Assembly (NCBI GenBank): GCA_963801165.1
Contig: CAWDDT010000009.1
Coordinates: 64,001 to 128,000, forward strand
Length of the DNA stretch: 64,000 nt
Origin: an uncultured bacterium
Lineage (GTDB): Bacteria; Actinomycetota; Acidimicrobiia; Spongiisociales; UBA5794
Reading direction: 5' to 3'
The position numbers and the translations under genes were made by a program. Positions 19,900-27,518 of the stretch are shown piece after piece (the first letter of the stretch is position 1; every line of letters starts with the position of its first letter). The notes beneath the pieces were generated by a model. It was not told the origin of the DNA and did not search any database. It worked only from the letters and a program-made list of their open reading frames with translations.

Positions 19900-20619
19900 A
19901 TGCGAGATCTCACTGGTCGGATCGTTGCCATCACAGGTGGGAGCTCGGGGATCGGGGCGGCCACGGCACGGGCGCTCGCCGGCCGCGGGGCCAAGTTGGT
20001 GCTGGGGGCGCGGCATCCCGAGCGGCTCCGCACAATCGTTGATGAGCTCGATGGGGCGGCTGTCGCCGTCGAGATGGACGTTTGCGACCCCGAGGGGGCT
20101 CGTCGTCTCGTCGCCACGGCGGTCGGTTCGTTTGGTGACCTCGACGTGCTCGTGGCCAACGCGGGAGTCGGAACATACGGCGGGATCATGGACAACAGCG
20201 ACGAGCGGCTCCGCGACATGATGGACACAAATGTCGCCGGTACGGTATGGACGGTCCGCGCCGCTGTGCCGCATTTTCTCGAGAGGGGCGAAGGCGACAT
20301 CGTGATCGTGGCGTCGACGGCCGGTCTGCGCAGTGGTCCGAACCAGGCCGTGTATGCGGCGACGAAGTACGCCCAGGTGGGTCTGGCCGGTGGTCTCGAC
20401 CAGGAGCTGCGGCAGAAGAACATTCGGGTAAGCGCCATCTGCCCCGGCGGTGTCGAGACGGAGTTCGCAATGGGTTTCGGGCGGACCCCGGACATGCCCG
20501 TCCTCGCAGAGATGATGCGCCCGGAGGACATCGCGGACGCCATCGTCACGATCCTCACCCAACCCAAGACCATGCGAACTCTGATCTGGTCGATGCGGGG
20601 CATGTACGAACCGGACTGA
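19900..20619 (+). CDS. Short-chain dehydrogenase/reductase
   Basis: 'TGGSSGIG', 'VANAG', 'YAATK'; RBS AAGGAG. Confidence 0.92.
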   Translation: MRDLTGRIVAITGGSSGIGAATARALAGRGAKLVLGARHPERLRTIVDELDGAAVAVEMDVCDPEGARRLVATAVGSFGDLDVLVANAGVGTYGGIMDNSDERLRDMMDTNVAGTVWTVRAAVPHFLERGEGDIVIVASTAGLRSGPNQAVYAATKYAQVGLAGGLDQELRQKNIRVSAICPGGVETEFAMGFGRTPDMPVLAEMMRPEDIADAIVTILTQPKTMRTLIWSMRGMYEPD

Positions 20620-20689
20620 CCTCTCAGCGTGTTGCGGATTTCTGACGCCTCGAAAGCCCGCCGATGTCCGCAAGAACCGGGAGCGAAAC

Positions 20690-20744
20690 TCTCAGGAACC
20701 TCTTAGGTTCTCATTCGGCTGGTCTCAGGTTGGGGAGAGATGAT
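20690..20744 (+). promoter_or_regulatory. Phased TCTCAG/TCTTAG direct repeats (OmpR-family, MprA-like boxes) plus a putative -10
   Basis: TCTCAG 20690, TCTTAG 20701, TCTCAG 20723 (11- and 22-bp spacing); GATGAT at 20739-20744. Confidence 0.55.
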
Positions 20745-20750
20745 GAACGA

Positions 20751-20928
20751 GTCATGGAAACATGACAGACAACCGAATATCGCACGCAGGAGCATCGGGC
20801 TCACTCTCTCCCCTTCCTCCCCTCCCGGCCAATAATCACCGTGAAAACGATGATGAGGCGCCCCGAGAGACCTGCGTGCGAACTCTTCCCCTCAGCCCCG
20901 GAGTCACTACACCGGGGCTGAGTCTCGT
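20751..20928 (+). ncRNA. Candidate structured small RNA (~175 nt)
   Basis: 5' hairpin GTCATG-GAAA-CATGAC; 11-bp stem 20780-90/20871-81; second GAAA hairpin at 20835-54; CU-rich loop at 20804-26; terminal 11-bp hairpin at 20891-20922. Confidence 0.6.
20891..20928. terminator. GC-rich hairpin, probably a bidirectional terminator
   Basis: CTCAGCCCCGG/CCGGGGCTGAG stem between the sRNA candidate and the convergent stop at 20934. Confidence 0.65.
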
Positions 20929-20933
20929 CCGGG

Positions 20934-21158
20934 TCAGTACGGCGCCGGGCCCGTCAGTGCGAGATCCTCAGCGGTGATCGGTGGGATGTCGCCACACACG
21001 ACGGGGAGAGCCGAGCGGCAGGGCTCAGAACCTCGCGAGGGCAGATCCCAGACGAGCACGGTGCCGCACTCAGGGCACCACTCGTACCCCTCATCGCGCA
21101 GCTCGTCGTGGTGACGCTCACGCTCTGCAGTGTGCATGCGCTGGTAGGTATGTTCCAT
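20934..21158 (-). CDS. Small hypothetical protein with CPECG zinc-ribbon-like motif
   Basis: 'GYEWCPECGTVLVWD', two further Cys and a His-rich N-terminus; start chosen at ATG 21158. Confidence 0.5.
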   Translation of the reverse strand: MEHTYQRMHTAERERHHDELRDEGYEWCPECGTVLVWDLPSRGSEPCRSALPVVCGDIPPITAEDLALTGPAPY

Positions 21159-21234
21159 GCAGTGAATGTCGGCAGATTGCATAGAAACTTGAAGTGCCTC
21201 CGTGTATATTTCCATCGTACCTCGTGGGTAGGCT

Positions 21235-22161
21235 ATGTCGATGGGTTTTGCATCCGAGGCAACGGGCTGGCTCATAGACGGCGATGCCTCCATCAGCTGG
21301 CAAACGATGCAGGACCTGCTCAATCGGGCACCCGCGACGGTGGCACGGGAGCGGGCCCGGGTTGCGACCACCGGCTGGGGAAAGCGGCTGTTGGAGAAGC
21401 AGGACGCGGAAGGTACCTGGGCGCATGGCGTCTACGGCCCGAAGTGGATCTCCACCACATACACGCTCTTGCTGTTGCGCCGGCTCGGTATACCGCCCAA
21501 CAGCCTTGACGGCAGGCGAGGCTGCCGGGCGCTGTGGGACCGGATCATCGTCGACGGAGGGGTCACCTGGGCGAACACGGCGGTGATGCCCGATGTCTGT
21601 GTGACGGCAATGTTTCTCGCTCTCGACTACTACTTCGACAACCGCGACCCGCGCCGCGAGGAAGCGCTGGCCTGGATGCTCGATCAACAGCTTCCCGACG
21701 GGGGCTGGAACTGCTCGGCGAGACGCTCCGGGTCGAGCCACGGGTCCTTTCATACGACGATCTCCGTGCTCGAGGCCCTCGCCGAGATCGGCGATCCTGC
21801 CAGTGACACAGCGGCCGGGCGGGGCCGCGAGTTCTTTCTCGGTCACCGGATGTACCGCTCACACCGCACGGGCGAGGTGTCGCACCCGTCCTTCACCAAG
21901 CTGTCGTTCCCGCCGCGCTGGTACTACGACGTGCTGCGTGGTCTCGACTACTTTCGCCTGGTCGACGCCCCCTACGACGAGCGGCTCGACGACGCTCTCG
22001 AGCTCCTCGTCACCAAGCGACGCAAGGACGGTAAGTGGCCCGTGCAGAACAAGCACCAGGGCCGGGTGTGGTTCGACATGGAGACGGGGCGCGAGCCCAG
22101 CCGCTGGAACACGTTGCGGGCGCTCCGCGTGCTCGACCGCTATCAGCCGAGCGCCCGGTGA
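21235..22161 (+). CDS. Hypothetical protein, prenyltransferase/squalene-cyclase-like alpha/alpha toroid
   Basis: QW-like repeats 'QDAEGTW', 'QLPDGGWNC', 'RRKDGKW'; 'PSRWNTLRALRVL'. Confidence 0.72.
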   Translation: MSMGFASEATGWLIDGDASISWQTMQDLLNRAPATVARERARVATTGWGKRLLEKQDAEGTWAHGVYGPKWISTTYTLLLLRRLGIPPNSLDGRRGCRALWDRIIVDGGVTWANTAVMPDVCVTAMFLALDYYFDNRDPRREEALAWMLDQQLPDGGWNCSARRSGSSHGSFHTTISVLEALAEIGDPASDTAAGRGREFFLGHRMYRSHRTGEVSHPSFTKLSFPPRWYYDVLRGLDYFRLVDAPYDERLDDALELLVTKRRKDGKWPVQNKHQGRVWFDMETGREPSRWNTLRALRVLDRYQPSAR

Positions 22162-23921
22162 AGGAACGCCGCCATCTGGCCGCGGGTCACCGACTGTGTC
22201 GGGCAGAACCGGTCGTTGGCCGGCGGGTTGCAGCCCTTGGTGATCCCGGCGCCGGCCAGTAGCTCAATGCTCGTCTCGAAGACAGACCCGTTGTCGTCCA
22301 CGAATTGGGTACCGTCTGCGTCACCCGTGAGATCAAGCGCTCGCACCAGGAACGCCGCCATCTGGGCGCGGGTCACCGGGTCGGTGGGGCAGAAGTGGTC
22401 GTTGGCCGGCGGGTTGCAGCCTTTGGTGATCCCGTCCGCCGCCAGTGTGTTGATATTGGCGAAGTGGACCGAGGACCCCGTGTCGGTGAAGGGGTTGCTC
22501 GTCACCGCCGGCAGATCGAGTGCCCGAACCAGGAACGTGGCCATTTGTTCCCGGGTGACGACATCGTCCGGGCAGTACAGATCGTTGATCGGCGGGTTGC
22601 AGCCCTTGGTGATGCCCTGGTCGGCCAGCCAGCTGATGTCGTTCTCGAAGAGGTAGCCGGGCGGCACGTCCCGAAACCCGGAGGCGGGTAGATCATCTGT
22701 CGATCCGTACTCGTCAGCACCGATGTCGGCGGCTGCCCCGACCGGCCGATAGTTCCCATCGAAATCGTCGTCGACGAGCGTGACACCAGCGGCGGCGTCG
22801 ATGGCTCCGGTGGCCGCTGCGGTCAGGTGCAGATCGCCGCTCCCGAAAAACCAGCCGGCGGGCGCGTTGGTGACGTTGCCCTGGAGCGTCCCCGTGGCGC
22901 CGTCCCGCTGCCAGATCGGCCCATCGGTGAGATTGTTGGCGATCGTCGCCGTGGTCGATGAGAAGCGGTACTCGATGGTCCCCGACGGGAACGTGCCATT
23001 CTGGATGACCGTGTTGTGATAGATCGCGACGTCCCGTGCGTAGTTGACGGTGATGCCGATGTCGCCGGAGCCTTCCCGGTAGATCATGTTGTTGCGGATC
23101 TCACCGCCCTGGAAGTCATAGGTGCTCTCGCCGTCCCTGGAGTTGACGTCGGGCGCCGACAATCCGAGAGCGATGGACCGGTCGCACTCGATGAACAGGT
23201 TTCGTTCGACGACGGTGTTGATCGAGTTGCGCCACATCAGCACGGCCGGCCCGGCGAGCTGGCCCTCGGGAGCGCGAATGTTGCGGAACTCGTTGTCCCT
23301 GATGATCCACCCCGACCCGGCGAGCACGTCGACGCCGTTGGTGTAGTCGCTGCGAGCCCGGTCGGTGTACTCGAACAGAGAGCACTCGACGACGCCGTCG
23401 TCTGCATAGGGTCCCGGGTTGCCCGCCGTCGATCCCTTGACGAATTGCTCACCGGCGTCGACCAGGTGAAGGTTGTACAGATGCACTCCGTCGGCGTCAT
23501 CCTCCCCGTGGATCTGGATCAGGTGGTAGTAGGCGTCACGCAGCGTGAGGTCGGCGATCAGCACTTCCTTGGCGTCGTAGACCGCCATCACGTGTGGCAC
23601 GTTGCCGTAACTGGTGTTCGACATGCCCCGTCCGCGCAGGACGACCGCATCGCGGTTGCCGCTCGCCGAGCGGATTGTCACGTTGGATACGCCACGGATG
23701 TTGAGCGTGTTGGTCAGGTCGTAGGTGCCGTCTGCGATGAGGATGGTGGTGCCGGAGGTGAGGTTGTTCACCGCGTCCTGGAGATCGGCGGTGGTGGCGA
23801 CGGTCACCACGTTTCCCGTCGCCGATGACAGCGGGCCACACGCGGAAGCCGCCCCAGCTTGCGGCGAAGGGAAGGTGAAGAGGGCGGTGGCGACCAGGAT
23901 CAGTGGAAGGGATCGTTTCAT
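22143..23921 (-). CDS. Secreted right-handed beta-helix protein with three C-terminal SLH-like repeats
   Basis: Signal peptide, 'ILIADGTY', Asn-ladder repeats, 'DIGADEY', three 'GITKGCNPPxND.F/YCP..VTR.QMA.FL.RAL' units. Confidence 0.85.
   Translation of the reverse strand: MKRSLPLILVATALFTFPSPQAGAASACGPLSSATGNVVTVATTADLQDAVNNLTSGTTILIADGTYDLTNTLNIRGVSNVTIRSASGNRDAVVLRGRGMSNTSYGNVPHVMAVYDAKEVLIADLTLRDAYYHLIQIHGEDDADGVHLYNLHLVDAGEQFVKGSTAGNPGPYADDGVVECSLFEYTDRARSDYTNGVDVLAGSGWIIRDNEFRNIRAPEGQLAGPAVLMWRNSINTVVERNLFIECDRSIALGLSAPDVNSRDGESTYDFQGGEIRNNMIYREGSGDIGITVNYARDVAIYHNTVIQNGTFPSGTIEYRFSSTTATIANNLTDGPIWQRDGATGTLQGNVTNAPAGWFFGSGDLHLTAAATGAIDAAAGVTLVDDDFDGNYRPVGAAADIGADEYGSTDDLPASGFRDVPPGYLFENDISWLADQGITKGCNPPINDLYCPDDVVTREQMATFLVRALDLPAVTSNPFTDTGSSVHFANINTLAADGITKGCNPPANDHFCPTDPVTRAQMAAFLVRALDLTGDADGTQFVDDNGSVFETSIELLAGAGITKGCNPPANDRFCPTQSVTRGQMAAFLHRALG
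22146..22680 (-). repeat. Three ~185-bp in-frame SLH-like repeats
   Basis: GGCGGGTTGCAGCCYTTGGTGAT at 22222, 22408 and 22591. Confidence 0.85.
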
Positions 23922-24014
23922 AGGCACATTCTGGCTTGGCCGGGTTTCCTACCGGAATCCGACGGCGTGTCCCGGTGCGACGCTCTACGATCCGCTCCGG
24001 TCTGCGAGGAGCCA

Positions 24015-26069
24015 ATGCCCGATTACCCGGTGACACGACGAGACGAGACGGTCGACGACTACCACGGCATGGCGGTTGCCGACCCTTACCGATGGCTGGA
24101 GGCGACTGACTCCGCCGAGACGCTCGCCTGGGTGGATGCGCAAAACGAGGTCACGTTCGCTCATCTCGATGCCATCCCGCAGCGGTCCGCGTTGCGGCAC
24201 CGGTTCGAGCAACTGTGGAACTTCCCACGGGAGTCGACGCCGATGCGCCGGGGAGACTGGTATTTCTTCACCCGGAACGACGGTCTGCAACCTCAGCCGA
24301 TCCTCTATAAACGTCCAGCGGCCGGCGGTGATCCGGTCGTCGTGCTCGACCCCAACACCATGTCCGACGACGGTACCGTCGCCCTGATGACTCTGTCGTT
24401 CACCAGCGACGGTGGGCTGCTGGCATATACCGTTGCCGAGGCAGGCAGCGACTGGCAGGTAGCCCGGGTGCTCGATACCGAGACCGGGGAGCACCTCCCC
24501 GACGAGCTGCAACGCATCAAGTTCACGACCCTGGCGTGGACCCCGGATGGGGAGGCGTTCTACTACGCCCGGTTCCCGGAGCCCGGCGAGTTCCCCGGCG
24601 CCTCGCCGTCGACCAACCAGCGTGTCCACCTTCACCGGCTCAGCGACGACCAGACCGAGGACGAACTCGTATACGCCCGTCCGGACGAACCGGACTTCGG
24701 CTTTCAACCCATTGTCACGGATGACGGTCGGCTGCTGGTGCTTCATGTCTGGCACGGAACCGACACGCGTAACCGCCTCTACTACCGGGAGGAGGGCGAC
24801 GGCGGGGTGTTTGTCGAGCTTCTCGACGACTTCGATGCCAAGTATCAACTCATTGATCACGTCGACGGGTGGCTCTACCTCCTGACCGACAGGGACGCAC
24901 CGAGGGGCAAGGTCATCGCCATCCCGCTCGCCCGGCCCACCGTCGAGAATTGGCGTGAGATCGTTCCTGAGGGAAAGGACACCATGGAGTTCGCCGCCGT
25001 CGCCGGCGGGCGGCTCGTCACCTTCGTGCTGCGTGACGCCAGCCACGCGGTCTCGGTCTACAGCCTCAACGGGGAGCCTGTCGCATCGCTTGATCTCCCT
25101 GCACTCGGCAGCGTCACCGAGTTTGCCGGAAAGCCCGGCCACAACGAGTTCTTCATCAGCTTCGAGTCGTTTGTCCTTCCCCCAACTGTGCTCCGTTACG
25201 ACCTGGTCGGCGGTTCGCTCGCTGCGGTCGCCGGGGCCGATGCCAGGATCGATCCCGATCGGTATGTCACGAAGCGGATTTGGGCGAGGTCGGCAGACGG
25301 CACCCCCATCCCGATGTTCGTCAGCCACCGCACAGATGTTGTTCTCGACGGCACCAACCCGACCATTCTGTTCGGCTACGGCGGTTTCGATATCTCCATG
25401 ACCCCGATGTACGCCCCCGATCGGCTCGGGTTCGTCGAAGCAGGCGGCGTCTTCGCCCTGGCCAACCTCCGGGGCGGCGGCGAGTATGGCAGGAAATGGC
25501 ATGAAGCGGGCATGTTCGGCGCCAAGCAGAATGTCTTCGACGACTGTATCGCTGCCGCCGAGCACCTGATCGCTTCCGGCTATACGTCAAACGAGCATCT
25601 CGGCATCTACGGTCGATCCAACGGTGGCCTGCTGGTGACGGCGTGTCTGGTGCAGCGGCCCGATCTGTTCGGCGCCGCGGTGGCGATGGTGCCGGTCACC
25701 GACATGCTCCGCTATCACCGTTTCACTGCCGGCCGCTATTGGACGGCGGAATGGGGCAGTGCCGACGACGGTCCTATGCAATTTGAATACCTGCATGCCT
25801 ATTCGCCGTTGCACAACGTGACTCCGGCGACCTATCCGCCGACGCTGGTCACCACCGGTGACACCGACGACAGGGTGGTGCCGCTTCACGCCTACAAGTT
25901 CATTGCCACGCTCCAGGCCGCCGTCGGCGGCTCCGGACCGGCCCTGCTTCGTGTCGATCGGCGCGCCGGTCACGGTCTCGGCAAGCCCATCTCGAAGCTC
26001 ATAGACGAGGCAGCCGACATCTACGCGTTTTTCCTCCACCACCTGGCAAAGGCGCCGGGGGCTAGTTAG
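24015..26069 (+). CDS. Prolyl oligopeptidase (S9A)
   Basis: 'DPYRWLE', 'GYGGF', 'NLRGGGEYG', 'GRSNGGLL', 'DDRVVPLHAYKF', 'AGHG'. Confidence 0.95.
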   Translation: MPDYPVTRRDETVDDYHGMAVADPYRWLEATDSAETLAWVDAQNEVTFAHLDAIPQRSALRHRFEQLWNFPRESTPMRRGDWYFFTRNDGLQPQPILYKRPAAGGDPVVVLDPNTMSDDGTVALMTLSFTSDGGLLAYTVAEAGSDWQVARVLDTETGEHLPDELQRIKFTTLAWTPDGEAFYYARFPEPGEFPGASPSTNQRVHLHRLSDDQTEDELVYARPDEPDFGFQPIVTDDGRLLVLHVWHGTDTRNRLYYREEGDGGVFVELLDDFDAKYQLIDHVDGWLYLLTDRDAPRGKVIAIPLARPTVENWREIVPEGKDTMEFAAVAGGRLVTFVLRDASHAVSVYSLNGEPVASLDLPALGSVTEFAGKPGHNEFFISFESFVLPPTVLRYDLVGGSLAAVAGADARIDPDRYVTKRIWARSADGTPIPMFVSHRTDVVLDGTNPTILFGYGGFDISMTPMYAPDRLGFVEAGGVFALANLRGGGEYGRKWHEAGMFGAKQNVFDDCIAAAEHLIASGYTSNEHLGIYGRSNGGLLVTACLVQRPDLFGAAVAMVPVTDMLRYHRFTAGRYWTAEWGSADDGPMQFEYLHAYSPLHNVTPATYPPTLVTTGDTDDRVVPLHAYKFIATLQAAVGGSGPALLRVDRRAGHGLGKPISKLIDEAADIYAFFLHHLAKAPGAS

Positions 26070-26150
26070 CACGGAGCAGCGGAAGATGCCACCATATAGC
26101 CCCGGCCACCGGTTCAGCGGTGGCGAGTCCCTGTCGATGTGAGGGAGTAC

Positions 26151-27518
26151 ATGGCTCTGACCCGTGCCAATCAGTCGCGTGCCCTGTGGTGGACCATCGC
26201 CGGTGTTGTCGCCGTGGCTCTGCTTGCCCTGGGAGCGTTTCTGTTCGTCAACTCGTTCACGACGGGACGGGCGCTCGACAAGGCCGAGACGTTGCACCGG
26301 GCCGACCTCGCTCTTGCTGCTCAGGACGTGGCGATCAAGTCGATCGGGCAGCTCGTCCTCGTTTCCCAGGATGCCGCACTCCAGGTGGCGACCCCCGCCG
26401 ATGTCGAGGCCGCCGCAGGTGAGGCAGATCGAGCCGTTTCCGACCTTGGTGAGCGGTTCGAGGCCCTGGATTCCGGTCTGGTGGACAAGCTCACCCCCGC
26501 TTTCGACGCCTGGCAGGCGGCTGCCCTGGACGTGACCTCGGCGGCGTCGTCCGGCGTTCCGCAACAGGCAGCTGACGCGTTGACGGGATCCCTGGCGCAG
26601 GCTTCAGACCGCTTCGTCAACGAGCTCTCTATTGAGCGTGACTCCGCGGCTCAGGCTGTGTCTGACACCACCGATAGCGTGAGCTCTCTGACCCGCCTCG
26701 TTGGTTTTCTCACGCTTTTCCTCATTCCCCTGGTGGCGGTCTTCGTCTACTGGCTGATTGCCCGCCGCCAGCTCCGCGACGCTACGGCCCATCTCGATGC
26801 CCGCATTGAGGCAGAAAAGACGTTGGGCCGAGCCAAGGATCAGTTCATCGCCAACTTCTCGGAAGAGTTACGGACACCACTCACCTCGATCTACGGCTTC
26901 TCCGAGGTGCTTCTCGACAAGGGGTTCATCGACCCGCAGGCGGGTGATCTGGTCGGTCTGATCAACCAGGAGTCCGGCGAGCTGGCGCGTATGGTTGAAG
27001 ACCTGCTGGTGGCTGCCCACGATGAGAGCGCCCCGCTCCCAATCGGTCTCGAGACCCTCGACATGGATGAGCAGATCCGCGAAGTGATTGCGCCGTTCGA
27101 GAAGCGTGGGCGTGCCGTTGGTGGGACATGGGGTGGTGGTGCGGTGCGGGCCGACGCGCTCCGGGTAAGGCAGATCCTACGCAACCTCATCACCAACGCC
27201 ATCGAGCACGGTGGTCCCGACATCAGGATCTTCGGAGACGCGGCGGGCAGTAAGTATGTCGTGTCGGTGGAGGACAACGGGCCTGGTGTCCCCGAGGAGA
27301 TCGTCAATCAGTTGTTTGCCCGTTTTGTGAGCGGTGGGGAGCCTTTGACAACGGGAACACCCGGTCTGGGTCTTGCGGTGGCACGACTGCTGGCCCGGGC
27401 GATGGGTGGATCGCTCGAATATCAGCGAGTCGCCAACCGCACAGCGTTTGTCGTCTCCCTGCCGCTGGCGACGCAGGCCGACGACGATGCGGGCCCGGCT
27501 CCAGCGTCTGACCGATGA
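26151..27518 (+). CDS. Two-TM sensor histidine kinase-like protein with H-box His replaced by Glu (pseudokinase candidate)
   Basis: 'FIANFSEELRTPLTSIYG' versus canonical SHELRTPL; N box 'QILRNLITNA', G1 'EDNGPG', G2 'GTPGLGLAVAR'. Confidence 0.85.
   Translation: MALTRANQSRALWWTIAGVVAVALLALGAFLFVNSFTTGRALDKAETLHRADLALAAQDVAIKSIGQLVLVSQDAALQVATPADVEAAAGEADRAVSDLGERFEALDSGLVDKLTPAFDAWQAAALDVTSAASSGVPQQAADALTGSLAQASDRFVNELSIERDSAAQAVSDTTDSVSSLTRLVGFLTLFLIPLVAVFVYWLIARRQLRDATAHLDARIEAEKTLGRAKDQFIANFSEELRTPLTSIYGFSEVLLDKGFIDPQAGDLVGLINQESGELARMVEDLLVAAHDESAPLPIGLETLDMDEQIREVIAPFEKRGRAVGGTWGGGAVRADALRVRQILRNLITNAIEHGGPDIRIFGDAAGSKYVVSVEDNGPGVPEEIVNQLFARFVSGGEPLTTGTPGLGLAVARLLARAMGGSLEYQRVANRTAFVVSLPLATQADDDAGPAPASDR

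Noticed and set aside
20762-20977. 71-aa ORF (and a 31-aa ORF from ATG 20740) as protein genes
   Set aside because: No well-spaced RBS and low-complexity products; the longer ORF runs through a terminator hairpin into a convergent gene. RNA structure explains the region better.
21235-22161. Squalene-hopene cyclase or terpene cluster
   Set aside because: Only 308 aa, with no DxDD motif and no isoprenoid genes nearby; only the fold-level QW-like repeats match.
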